Notes: a model not told the origin generated them from the sequence alone. Counted from the first letter of the whole stretch, positions 13,442 to 26,281 are shown. The stretch: 63,782 nucleotides of DNA, filler included, from Cercozoa sp. M6MM (GCA_040357565.1; 16 parts of 16 records of this genome joined end to end with filler, not necessarily neighbours in it); one strand, 5' to 3'. Translations and numbers: made by a program.

Positions 13442-13559
13442 GTGTTTTCTGGGAGGCCAGCTGACTGGACTGACTCAGCTGACTGGACTGACTGTACTGA
13501 ACTAGTCCTGCACGATCCGGATCTTAGTTGAGTCAACGCGAGTCCATTTTATTAACATA

Positions 13560-14370
13560 AATTTACTGTCCGGTGGCTGAAATGCAAAAAAGAAGACATT
13601 CGCCAATAGTGACGGCACCTACACGCACTGGTTCTTTGCAGGCTGTCCTAAAAAAAACTACCTATGTGTTGGGTCAAAATAATCACCCAGGAGTAAAGGT
13701 ACAGTGCACGCAGTCGCTCTTGTCGTACCGAGCCACGATGACATGGTTGGCCAGCATGCCTTGAGCTACTCAAGAAGAGAAGGGCTAAACAAGGAGGAGA
13801 AACAGGAGGGTAAAAGCAGGATAAACAGGCTAAACAGGGGGAAACAGGGGGAAACGGGGGGTAGGCCCTACAACGGACCCATCCAACACGCGGACCTCCA
13901 AAGTGGGACAACCTCGTACATACCCTTGTACATCTGTGCATGCGGTCCAATTTACCGAGCCAAAGACAACAGGAGTGCGCAGAACTCAGGGCACCTGGCT
14001 ATATAAGTTTATCTTTACATTCTATATATACATTTAGGTTACATACACACACATGTATGTATGCAAATATAAACAGATACCTGTCGACCGGCAGCCACCA
14101 TTTTTCACATGGCGGCCAGTGCACCTATTTACGGTGCGGGGTAAGTGTTGTCAGGGGTACAGGGTATAGTGGATGGCATAGGGTATAGCAAAAGGTATAC
14201 TAACCCAGCTAGTCATCCGCACGTGCTAACCTGTACAGTTCCGCTTCGGCCTGCACAATGCTGCCGCCACTTGGCCTCTGTCGGAGTTTCCTCAGCACCG
14301 ACAGCAGTGAACGGATAGCGTGATGACTTCTGCTCGACAAGAGATAGTTGGGTCCAACGCAGTTTGTTTA
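13560..14370 (-). CDS. Hypothetical multi-exon protein
   Basis: Short exons (e.g. AQGMLANHVIVARYDKSDCVH) lie between GT-AG introns, one carrying the CCCC-type repeat on the minus strand. Confidence 0.35.
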
Positions 14371-14964
14371 TAGGCTCAGGACCGGGGTGTCAAATTAACA
14401 CAGCACTGTAAGTACCGCCCGTGGACAAGCGCTTTCTTTGCTAGTGGACCTGCAGCATGATCGCTCGATCAAATAGCCAGACAAAAAAGTTGTGAGTGCG
14501 TCCACAGAACAGTACAGGACAAAGACGCGTTGTTTTAGTTGCGGCGATCGGTCACACGAGCCGTTTTTCTTTGGTCAGTTTCAGGTTCTGGCGTTGTTGT
14601 GCTTTGACCGATTTTTGACCGTTCTTGATCTTGACGGTTTGGATGCTCCTCTCGATCTTTTCCAACAATTGTGTGTTTGTGCAGACCCATCGGATTGGGC
14701 GGCCGTCGCGACGAAGGCACTCGAAAGAATGGTACTGAAGAGTACAAAAATACTACGCGATGTAAACATGCACTAAATTTACTTCTTCTGGTTTTTCTCA
14801 AAGCCGAAGCGCGCGGTCGAAAGGTTCGCATTTTTTGCCTGCGCCGTCGGTGCAGGTGCGTACGTGTACCGTGTGCACGTAGAGCACCTCACCCAGGTAT
14901 TTATTGCCTCTTATATCAATTGCAGGTGTGTTGCTAGTTCAGTTTCTGTTTGTTTTCTGCGCTA

Positions 14965-15348
14965 ATGCAGGTGCAGCTCAAGCAGCGCGAATTTGAGCTG
15001 CGGCAGATGCAGCTGCAGGTGCAGCGCCAGAAGGTGCAGCTCAAATTTGAGCAACAGCAGCTGCAGCTCAAATTTGAGCAACAGCAGCTGCAGCTCGAAT
15101 TTGAGCTGCAACGCTACCGTGAGCTGCCCCTGTGCCGTCGTCTGCTCACGGTCAGTCCAGTGCACACCTACAGTATGACTCTGCTTTTGGAAATAAAGTT
15201 TGTGTGTTTAGGAGCCGCCCAGTGCCTCCGAACTGGTAGAAGCGGCAAAGAATACGCGCCCAGAATAGTCGGTGTGACTGGACCAAGCGAAGAAGACAAG
15301 CGACGCTGCCTTGGCGTACTTACCGATACCAATCGAATACTGTGGTAA
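14965..15348 (+). CDS. Gln-rich coiled-coil ORF (QQQLQLKFE repeats); hypothetical or pseudogene
   Basis: Tandem in-frame repeats; no family recognised. Confidence 0.25.
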   Translation: MQVQLKQREFELRQMQLQVQRQKVQLKFEQQQLQLKFEQQQLQLEFELQRYRELPLCRRLLTVSPVHTYSMTLLLEIKFVCLGAAQCLRTGRSGKEYAPRIVGVTGPSEEDKRRCLGVLTDTNRILW

Positions 15349-16093
15349 CGCGCCAATGCGTCACGTGTCGTCGAGCGAGGTTTTTGTTGTATTATTGACT
15401 GACACTATGGGGCTCGAATAAAAGTGAACAGAGTTCGAAACATTGATGTCGGCTTTGTTACTGCAGCCCCTTCGGATAGGGGTTTGGCCTTGGGAAATTG
15501 AGGCGACTTTTACAAAAAAAAAACTAAGTGAATTGATCTTGATCCAAAAAAGAGGGCTTGGTCGCTGTGCTCGTAACTCGATTGTAACACAACTCAGCTT
15601 TACTCTTTGAACTGCATTGCTCTTTTTTATGTCTTCTTCAAATCCCGTGTACCTACCTTTTTGCTGCTGCGTCAGCACGAAACCTTCGATGATGAGTCTA
15701 ATAAGAAAGTTATGTGCACGCACACGTATCTAGACAGTACTGTCGCTGCCCGTAGACGGGACGAGCAGGAACTTCTCGAGTGGACGCACCGTATCGCGCA
15801 ACACGTGCTGAGGCACTACTAAAACGGAAGAAGTCCTCGGAAGGAACACTGTTTTCGAAATCAAATACATCAGGGGGGGGGGGGGNNNNNNNNNNNNNNN
15901 NNNNNNNNNNNNNNNNNNNNNNNNNNNNNTTAATTAATTAANNNNNNNNNNNNNNNNNNNNNNNNNNNNNNNNNNNNNNNNNNNNTACCCCCCCCCCCTT
16001 TACCCCCATTTTACCCCCCTTTTACCCCCCTTACCCCCTTTTACCCCCCTTTTACCCCCTTACCCCCCTTTACCTCCTTTTACCCCCTCCCAG

Positions 16094-17546
16094 TGAGGAG
16101 GAGGCGGCATGCAACATGACGATCGAAGTCGAAGGCGTCGACGGACGGTTCCCGCGTGTGCCCGAGTCAGAGGTATGCCTGTCCGCTCTTTCGTCCGCTC
16201 TTTCGTCCGCTGATGCGTCCGCTGTTTTTTTGTGACCCTTCCGCGCGGACGCAGGTGTGGTGCGGCAACGCCGGCACGGCGACGCGCTTCTTGCTGGCGG
16301 CGATCGCTCTGTGCAGTGGTCCGCGCGGAGAGGAGTGTCCGCGCGGACAGGAACGTCCGCGCGGAGGTGCGGTGACGCTGCGCGGCGTGTCGCGCATGCA
16401 CCAGCGGCCGCAGGGACCTCTGATCGCGGCACTGCGATCACTCGGAGTGAGAGTGACCACCCTGGGTCAGAGTGACACGTGCCTGCCTCTCCGGGTGACC
16501 ACTCTGACCGAGCATGTCCGCGCGGACGGCGTCGCCATCGCCGACGGCAGCGTTTCGTCGCAGTTCGCCTCGGCGCTGCTCATGTGCGCACCACATGTAG
16601 TTTCGGTTTTACCCCCCTGTTTACCCCCCCTGTTTACCCCCCTGTTTGCCCCCCTGTTCCCTCCTGTTTACCCCCCCTTTTACCCCCCCCCCCCCCCACC
16701 CCCAGGTATCAAAGGACCGGCCGTTCCGCGTGTCGGTGCCGCTTGGCGCCGTGTCGCTGTCGTACGTGCGTCTGACGGTGTCACTGATGCGACGGTTCGG
16801 TGTCACCGTGACAGACTCGGTCACTGGTATCACTCTGTCTACATAGTGATCGATCAGTGATCGATCAGTGATCGCAGAGGGAGAACACGTGTTCACGGTG
16901 TCGCCCGGTGGCTACGAGAATCCCGAGGTGGTGACGGTGGAGGCCGATGCTTCCACGGGCACCTACGCCTTGGCACTCGGCGCGCTGCTGCGGCCGGTGT
17001 GTTTCGTGTTTGCCCCCCTGTTTACCCCCCTGTTTGCCCCCCTGTTTACCCCCCTGTTTACCCCCCTGTTTACCCCCTGTTCACTCCCCTGTTTACCCCC
17101 CTGTTTACCCCCCTGTTTACCTCCCTGTTTACCCCCCCTCCCTTTCTGGGCAGACGCGAGTGCACGGCGTGGGCGGCGCGTCGCGGCAGGGCGACGCTCA
17201 GTTCGCGCGTTTCCTGCGACTGCTGGGTGCGACAGGAGTGACGGTTTCGGCCGACTCAGTGACGGTGGCACCGATCGATCAGACTGTGATCGATCAGACT
17301 TTGATCGATCAGACTGCGATGGATAAGACTGTGATGGATCGGACTGGGGTGGATCAGAGTGACGGTACCAATGACGGTGACGGTTTCGCGTGTGAAACCG
17401 TCCGCGCGGACGACGGAACCGTCGTGATCAGCGCGGACTTTGAGCCGATGACGGACGCGTTTCTCACGGCCTGCGTCGTCGCCGCGTGCGCGCTGCCGTC
17501 GCACGTGTCCGTCCGACTGCGCGGCATCGCCAACCAGCGCGTCAAG
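16094..17546 (+). CDS. aroA: EPSP synthase, AROM-type (internal fragment, probably of pentafunctional AROM)
   Basis: Motifs CGNAGTATRFL, RMHQRP, GSVSSQFASALLMCAP, VEADAST, SRQGDAQF, DFEPMTDAFLT and GIANQRVK. Confidence 0.92.
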
Positions 17547-17857
17547 GTGTTCTTGCCCCCCTGTTTACCCCCCTGTTTACCCCCCTTTTTACCCCCTTTT
17601 ACCCCCCTGTTTACCCCTTTTACCCCCCTGTTTACCCCCTTTTACCCCCCTGTTTACCCCCCTGTTTACCCCCCTGTTTACCCCCCTGTGTATCTTTCTG
17701 TTAACCCCCCTTTTTTACCCCCCTTTTACCCCCCCNNNNNNNNNNNNNNNNNNNNNNNNNNNNNNNNNNNNNNNNNNNNTTAATTAATTAANNNNNNNNN
17801 NNNNNNNNNNNNNNNNNNNNNNNNNNNNNNNNNNNCCCCCCCCCCCCCTGCGTATAC

Positions 17858-18412
17858 CCCAGCACGGCGAGTTCGGCCTCCATGACGCGCAGCAGGAAGC
17901 GCGCCAGGCCGCGTCGTCGCCAGGCCGGAGCGACGGCCAGCGTGGCCAGGTAGGCACTGCCTGCCCGCACGTCCTGCACCGACCGCGGCCAGTACGCCGA
18001 CCCGGGTGCTGCCGACATGCGTATTCATAAACAGACATACATATAAGCATCGGCATGATACCAAAGGCAGTGACGGAGGCAATGATGTCGCCTTCGTGAA
18101 ACAGAACGAGCGCAATTATGTGCCTGGCCAACACGGCGTCGTAGTAACCGGAACTGTACCTCACCGGGAAACACTACACGCAAGACAACCGTCCCCACAC
18201 ACAGACAGTCGCCCCATCCGACGTACCTCAATGTCAAGCCGTTTCAAGGCTTCAATGTACTCCTCGTCGGCACCTGTAACACAACCACACTCCGAAACAC
18301 TCCGAAACTAGTCCACAAGCCCCCAGCCCTCTTTTCTCTCGCGCAGAAAGTGGAGAAATCAAAACTCACGGCCGAGCTGCAAGCCCCACTTAACGAGAAT
18401 GTTTGGCTCCAT
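17858..18412 (-). CDS. GNAT N-acetyltransferase, Naa50/Naa60-like (3'-partial)
   Basis: LKRLDIE-VVFPVRYSSGYY and YLATLAVAPAWRRRGLARFLL (acetyl-CoA binding motif A). Confidence 0.75.
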
Positions 18413-18615
18413 GCCTCAGATGAAACATGTATAAATAAAGCCAATAAAGCGTGTCTAAGAACGCAGCGCCACGGAGGTACCGACAAGATGCATTGGAGCG
18501 CTGGTACGGCATTAAAAAATAAAAGAGAAATGCCAATAAACGATTCTGTGCGATCCTAGAAGCGAGTAGCGGCCAGACGGTGCTCGAGTAGTGTATTAAG
18601 CCATTGGAGTGACAG

Positions 18616-20452
18616 ATGGGTCAAGGCGAGTCGAAGCCAGAGTCGCAGCGAGAGATCTCGTGGGCCGAAGTGAGGCGACACAAGTCGCAGAAATCCTGCT
18701 GGGTCGTCATCGATGGCAAGGTACATTTGTACGGATCTCTTGTACCGTCTGGTCCGAGGGGAGGTGCACACGTGTGCAGGTGTTTGATGTGACGAAACTG
18801 CTGCCGAAACACCCGGGTATACTATGATATATACATATATACACATATTAAATATATATATATATATATATATAGATAAAGATAGATATATAATGTGTGG
18901 ATACAGGCGGCAGTTTCTCGGTGCTGGAGTGGGCCGGCAAGGACGCCACCGAGGCCTTCGACGAGGCGCCGCACACGGATGCCTCCTTCGAGGCTCTGGC
19001 CGACTACCTCATCGGGCACGTCGTCGAAGAAGAAGAACAACAACAACAGCAACAAGAACAACAACAACAACAAGAGAACCAACAACAACAACAGCAACAA
19101 GAGAAACAACAACAACAAGAGAAACAACAAGAGGAAGAGAAACAACAAGAGGAAGAACAAGAAACGCAAAATGCCGATGATCTCGGCACGCAGCGACTCA
19201 CCATTCTCTACGGCAGCTCCGAGTGAGTTTAGCCCCCCGTTTGACCCCCCTGTTTACCCCCCCCCCCCTCAGTGAGGAACGCGGTATGACGGCCAAGTTC
19301 GCTCGCACGCTGGCGCGCATCTGCCGCGAACGCTTCGCTGGTTTACCCCCCCCCCCTATCCCTTGGCCATCTCCCTTAACCCCTAGTCCTCTCCCTTAAA
19401 CCCTGGCCCCTCCCTTAACCCCTAGACCTCTCCCTTAACCCCTAGACCTCTCCCTTAACCCCTAGTCCTCTCCCTTAACCCCTACCCCCTTAACTCCGGT
19501 ATGGCGGCAGGTGCGCTGAGCGAGGTGCCGCAGGCGGTGCCGATGTCGCAGTTCGACCCGGAGGACCTGTCGCAGGAGACGCTGGTGCTGCTGCTGTGCT
19601 CCACGCAGCACGAGGGCCGTCCGCCTGCTTCCGCGCGGTTCTTCTGCCAGTGGCTGGGTACCTCACCCCCTTAACTAAGCCTGCTTCCCGTGTCGCCCCC
19701 TTAAGTAACTCCCCCGTGCAGAGGAAGCCGTGGCGGACCACCGCGTGGAGAAGGCGTTTCTCCAGCGCGCGCGTTTCGCCGTGTTTGGCGTGGGCGACTC
19801 GTCCTACGAGACGAGGCTGTACAACGCCGCCGCTCGGCGACTGCACGCGCTCGTGTCGCAGCTGGGTAGCCGCCTGTTTACCCCCCCTGTTTACCCCCCT
19901 GTTTACCCCCCTACCTCCCCCATGTTTACCCCCCTACCTCCCCGTGTTTACCCCCCTGTTTACCCCCAGGCGGCAAGGCGCTGCTGCCGGCGGCGTTTGG
20001 CGACGTCTCTGGCGACGTAGAGGCTGGTAGTTTACCCCCCTCCGTGTTTACCCCCCTGTCTACCCGCCTCCTGTGGGTGCAGATGTGGACGCGTGGATCG
20101 ACCAGTTGTGGGACGTGCTGGACCTCGCGGTGGAAGACGCTGCCTTCGCGCCTGGCAAGGGTGGGTTTACCCCCCTGTTTACCCCCCTACCTCCCATCTT
20201 ACCCCCCCCCCCCCCTCTTACCCCCCTACCTCGCCAGTGTCGGAGGAGGAGTCGACGCAGAGCGTGGCGGACCTGGAGGACCTGGCTACAGTGTCCAGAC
20301 CGGTGGACGGACAGACGAGTGGTCCGGATGGACAGACGAGTGGTCCGGATGGACAGGGACAGGACGGACAGGCTACGGCCAGTGCCGTGACGGTGGGCAC
20401 GGTGCGACGCGAGATGGTCACGCCGGTCGTGCGGCGCTCGCTCAAGAAGCAG
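18616..20452 (+). CDS. TYW1: TYW1 (tRNA 4-demethylwyosine synthase) with extra N-terminal cytochrome b5 domain; 3'-partial
   Basis: b5 domain: [22 protein letters not shown]...AGKDATEAFDEAPH. Flavodoxin domain: ILYGS...FFCQWLEEAVADHRVEKAFLQRARFAVFGVGDSSY. TYW1 linker: DLEDLA and REMVTPVVRRSLKKQ, just before the radical-SAM domain. Confidence 0.85.
19371..19492. repeat. About 20-bp intronic tandem repeat (CTCCCTTAACCCCTAGACCT-like)
   Basis: Several copies inside a TYW1 intron; telomere-like composition. Confidence 0.85.
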
Positions 20453-20634
20453 GTTTTACCCCCCTGTTTACCCCCCTATTTACCCCCTATTTACCCCCCN
20501 NNNNNNNNNNNNNNNNNNNNNNNNNNNNNNNNNNNNNNNNNNNTTAATTAATTAANNNNNNNNNNNNNNNNNNNNNNNNNNNNNNNNNNNNNNNNNNNNA
20601 GGGGGGTAAAGAGGGGGGTAAGACCGCACACTAC

Positions 20635-23600
20635 CCTGGCAGCCGACGAGAAGGAGCGACGACGCATTTCGGAACGCTGCGCGTCGTACCGATGCAGTAC
20701 ACCTACACACACACATCGGCATAGACAGACAGAGAGAGACGGATGATCACATCAGTCAATCAATGATCAATTGGTGATCAGTCAGTGATCAATTAGTGAT
20801 CGATCAGTTAGTCAACACTACCCTCCCAGGAGTCCATGTCGGAGTCGGCGAGTTTCACACCCTGCTCGTCGCTCCTGTCTCAACACACACGTGCACATGT
20901 GCATTAGTGACCAGCCAAGTGACCACCCAGTGACCACCCAGTGACCACCCAAGCAGTGAGACACGTGACTACCGCGGACGGAACTGCAGCGCCGCCTCGA
21001 CGAAGATCTCGCGCACGCCGTTCTTGGCGGCCACGCAGGCCAGGCCCCTGCCGACACACACACACAGGCACGTGTGCACAAGGTAGCACGTGGTCCAGTC
21101 CCACTGTAGCACGTGGTCCAGTCCCACAGTGCGACTGGGACTGGCACGGTGTACCAGTCGGTGGCATCAACGATCACGCGGAACAGCAGGTCGTTCTTGA
21201 CACGTGCGCAGGCGTAGACCTGCCGCGCCGGGTAGTACGCCACCGAGGCCGGCATGGCCAGCACACGTGGCACAAAGCACCGTAGCTACACCGTCATACA
21301 CACAGGTGTACTGATACCGATCACGAGGCCGATCACTGATCGATCAGTAGAGCAAGTGGAGAGGTGACACTACCTGACGGTGCAGCAGCTGCAGCATGGC
21401 CGTGGCACCAAGCGACTCCATCAAGTGGTGCGCCGCACGTGGCAACTGCGCACGTGCTCACTCACAGTCACGTGCTCACTCACAGTCACGTGGTCACTCA
21501 CAGTCACGTGGTCACAGTCACGTGCTCACTCACAGTGAGTGAGTGAGAGTGACTGACTGACCGAGTGAGCAAGGGGTACCACCGAGGTCGGCGTCGACAG
21601 CGGGCGCAGCACGCTCTCCAGCGACTCGCAGAACGGCCGCCGCTGCTCGGCCAGCAGGGCCACCGTGGCCGCGTCCAGGCGCAGCTGCAGTCCGTCCACG
21701 TGCCGGTCGCGCCAGTCCAGCAGCGCGTGCGTCAGCGTGCCCACACCTCTAGGGGGGGTACGTGAGGAAGTAAGGGTGTGAATAATCAAATACTCACAAG
21801 GGTGGGGGGTAAAATGGGGGGTAAAATGGGGGGTAAAATGGGGGGTAACACGGTGCTACCGCAGCAGGTCGGCGCGTCGCGCCAGCTGCCTGGAGAAACG
21901 CCGCGCGAAACGTCGCAGCAGCATGACGCCAAAGACGGTGCGCGCCAGTTGCGTCATCTCGCCGATCAGACCGTCGCCACCGTCGACACCGTCGGGATCA
22001 ACGGCGGTGCCACTGCTGATCCCACTGCTGCTGATCCCACTGCCGCTGATCCCACTGGAGGCACCGCTGTCGGTGGCCACGTGCTCACCGTCGATCGCAT
22101 CCAGTGCGGCACCCACGCTCTCCAGCGACAGCGGCGACTCGCCCTCCACCAGCACCGCCAGCGCCGTGTATCCGCGCGGACGCCGCCAACTACTCACCCT
22201 CTCCCCTCAGAATACTGCCCTCTTAACACAGAGAAACGCGTCCTTAAGAAAATGTACAAGGCGCCAAAGAAGGTCGCCACGGCCGCTGCGGCCATGTACT
22301 CCTTCTGCTCCCTGTGCACACACACATAGATACACCGCCGCCTCCTTAATAAAAGACTGGCCCAGTCCAGCACAGGGTCCAGTCCAGCACAGGGTCCAGT
22401 CCAGCACAGGGTCCAGTCCAGTACGCCGTCCAAACGGACACAGCAACGTACGTGCAGGCAACGGCCGGCGCATGCCGCAGCATGACGCGCGCGAATCGCA
22501 GCGTCGCTTCCGGCAGACTCTCGCGCGGCGCACGTCTGCCCGGGGGGGTAAAGGGATGTATGCATGTATGTATGTATGTATGTATGTATGCATGTATGTA
22601 TGTATGTATGTATGTATGTGTATGTATGTATGTATGTATGTATGTATGTATGTACATATATGTAGGTGTAGGGGGGTAAAGGGGGGGGGGGCAAAGAGGG
22701 GGGTAAACCCGTGGCGCAGGTCGTCGCCGACGCGCACGCGCATGTCATGCACGGCATGCGAGTGCAGTGCGCAGTGCTGCGTCTGCTCCAGGAAGGCCGC
22801 CACACCCTCGCTCAGCACCCGCATCTGAGCGTGCACCAGACTGCTGTCCTGCCGACAGGGAGGGAAGGAGGTAAGGGAGGGGAGAGAAGGGGTAAGGGCG
22901 AAGGGGGGTAAAACTACCGACAGCGCCAGTGCAGCGCGCACCGACTGCAAGAAGCGTCCGCGCATCGCCGCCACATGCGCCAGTCGCTCGCGCACCTGCG
23001 ACGTGTCTGCGCAGTCACACAGTCAGTCACACAGTCAGTCAGTCAGTCAGTCAGTCAGTTGGCACGTGTCCCCCTTGGCACGTGTCCCCACTTGGCACGT
23101 GTCGTACCAAGCGAGACGAAGAGCGCCTCGAGACTCGCCAAGTCGTCGCACGAGTAGTCGCGGTGCGCCAGCACTGGGTCAAAAAGGGACCGATCACTAA
23201 CGATCACCCCCTCAGTCAGTCAGCCAGTCAGTCAGTCAGTCAGTCAGAAGGGACCACACGTGTCCAGTCTACCTGACTGGGCGACACGTGCGAAGAGCGC
23301 GCGATCCACGCGGTCGTTGTCGTCGCCGACGAGAGTGCAGGCCACGCACAGTGCACTCGTGGCACTCTGCACACACACACGTGCCCACTCAGTGAGTGAC
23401 CCAGTGACCCAGTGACCCAGTGACTCAGTGACCACACACACACACGTGGTACCACCGACAGCAGCGACTCGGTGGCCACACGTGCCGCACGTGCCAGCAC
23501 GTGTCGCCACTCCTGCGCCGACAGCGACTCGGCGCACGTGGCGTAGCCACTCTCCTGCTGCAGCGACGTCGCCGTGCGCCGCAGTGTCGTCGTCTATAAG

Positions 23601-24356
23601 CGGGGGGGGGGCTACCAAGGGGGTAAGAGGCGAGGTAAGAAGGAGGTAAGAAGGGGGTAAGAAGGAGGTAAGAAGGGGGGTAAGAAGAGGGTAAGAATAA
23701 GGTAAGAGGGGGAGGTAAGAAGGGGGAAGAGGGGAAGGTAAGAAGCGGGTAAGAAGGGAATAAGACGGGGGGCAAGAAGGGGGGTAAGAAGGGGGGTATA
23801 AACCGGCGCAGACGCCACCGAGGCCGCCGAGGAGAAGCCGCCGAAACCGCCGAAACGCGCCATGGAGAACCTCGGCACGCCGGTCGACTGCTTCTGCACA
23901 CACACACCCGTGCTCACTCAGGGGTCACGTGCTCACCCAGAGGGTCACGTGGTCACTCAGTGGGCCACGTGCTCACTCAGTGGGTCACGTGGTCGCACGA
24001 GTGAGTACCTGGGCCAGTGCGCGCTGCATGCGCTCGTCCAGACAGCGCAAGAAGACGTGCACGTGCGCACCGTCAGTCTCGGTCTCAGTGGCACCGTCGG
24101 CAGTGTCACCGTCAGTGGCATCAATGAGACACTGCAGCGCACGCGACTGACGGTTCTGCAGCCACAGCGACACGTGTCGGTAGAACCGTGCCTCACTGGC
24201 GTCCTCCGTGAGCGACGGTTTGCGACGCAGCATGAAGGCGAGCACACCGTCGTACACGTCGATCATCTCGCTGCCGTACTCGCGGTACAGTGCGCGGCAC
24301 ACCAGGATGCCTGCTCGGGTGGGGGCACGGCAGAGGCTCATTGATGCCACTGACGG
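20635..24356 (-). CDS. Large multi-exon hypothetical protein (partial at both ends)
   Basis: More than 12 GC-rich exons separated by repeat-filled GT-AG introns; no family recognised. Confidence 0.55.
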
Positions 24357-24504
24357 NNNNNNNNNNNNNNNNNNNNNNNNNNNNNNNNNNNNNNNNNNNN
24401 TTAATTAATTAANNNNNNNNNNNNNNNNNNNNNNNNNNNNNNNNNNNNNNNNNNNNGGGGGGGGGGGTAAAGAGGGAAGGTTAATGGGCGAGGGGGCAAC
24501 GCTA

Positions 24505-25232
24505 CGACAGAAGTGAGTGCAACAAGCGACGCGTTCGGCGCTGCGAATTGCGTTTCCGCCGGCTGCGTGACACAACACAAAAAACAGTATTTTTCATATT
24601 GCCACAGTTTGCGAAAATACTGCGCCAATAAAAAGCGGCCATTTCGTTCCACTTCGTACGTGCGACACCAAGTCGCTCAGTGTCTGGAAAGGAGGGTAAA
24701 GGGAGGGGGTAAAGAGGGGAAAGAGCGGGGGTAAGAGGCATACCCTGCGCTGCGGCAGCAGGATCATCTCGTCGACGTCGATCGTGGTGAGTGCGTCGAA
24801 CCGATGCGACCACAGACGCTGAAAGTGCTGCGTGGCCGCCACCTGCAGTTACTCTCTTTGCTCCCTCTATCTCTGCTCTCTGCCCCCTCTACACCTGCTC
24901 CCAGATACCTGTGCGTTGGAGCCGAGCAGGTCGTAGTTCGGATGACTCGGGTCCAGGAAGGGCCACCTCATCGCGTGCACCTAGGGGAAGGGGTAAAAAG
25001 GGGGCGGGGGGGGGGGGGGCTAATGTCAAGTGAGAGGCTACTTGGACATTCTTGGTGTCCATTCGATCAATGGCTTTTTTCACCTGCCAAACACACTTCA
25101 AGAGACATCCAGAAAACACAAGAGAGCTGACTACACTGCGATACGACGACGGTGTCAAGTACACAAACACCGCCGACGGTTTCACTGTCTGTAGCAACGT
25201 TACACACACACACACACACACACACACATGCA

Positions 25233-25286
<54 letters not shown>

Positions 25287-25296
25287 NNNNNNNNNN

Positions 25297-25344
<48 letters not shown>

Positions 25345-25977
25345 GTGATCATCAAAAAACTCAGTCTCGATGTCGTGTACCGCAATGAGGTGCGAGATGA
25401 AGAACAACAACACACGCGTATCACCGTAAAACGGCGCAACTTGCACCGCCACGCCGCCGCTACACATACCGTGCCCGTTTCGCCAGTCGACACAAAGAAA
25501 TCTCACATAAACTCGTCCTCTGCCTCTTGAATGCACTCGCTCGCGAAGTCAAAGGCCACCGGGAAGCTTTGTTTGCCTGGACGAATCAAAGAAACTATAC
25601 TGATTATTAACAAAAGCGGATAGTCTACCGTCAAAAGCAAAGGTTTCCAGGTGTATATTATCACGACGCTCTCTGTACTTGTCCTCCTGCGCGATCAATG
25701 AAGAGATTTCGAGATAGGAAGAGCGCAGCCCAAGAGCGCGGCCTACCTCGACGTCGTATTCGTACAATGGCAGTAACTCGGTTTCGGGAATCGAGGATCT
25801 CCTGTCTGCCAACATTGATCTTCCCTTCCACAAGTGCAGTGCCGACAACAAAAACACGCCAAACAAACCCAAAAACGCCGCATGTCGCTTCGACAATGCC
25901 AAGGCGTGCAATCTGTCCGCGCGAACACGCTTCTCCTGCCCATGATTGAGGATCCAAAACCGGGGAAAGGCGAACAC
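24505..25977 (-). CDS. Putative glycosyltransferase family 92-like type II membrane protein
   Basis: N-terminal TM segment (AAFLGLFGVFLLSALHLW), then QVAATQHFQRLWSHRFDALTTIDVDEMILLP with a DxD-E motif. Confidence 0.45.
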
Positions 25978-26281
25978 ACAAATTACAGTATCGGTCAGCT
26001 CGTATTTTCTCTCGTTGGCTTCGGCAATTCCGCTGAGCAGTTCCTCTTGTACCCGGTCGACAAGCGCGACTTGTTCCTTGTGCGACTAACGGAAAACTTC
26101 GACATGGACAAGCAGATTGCCGCGAAGTGAAGTGCTAAGTTTGTTTACGTAGCCAAAGTCTTCGCCACGTCCGAACACGGCCGGTAAATCTGGTCCTGGC
26201 AAAAGAGAATAGGGCACAGAGGCAAGCTAATCGCCCCGGACCTCTGTGTACCGTACCGTACCGGTGGGAGGCGACACGTGC

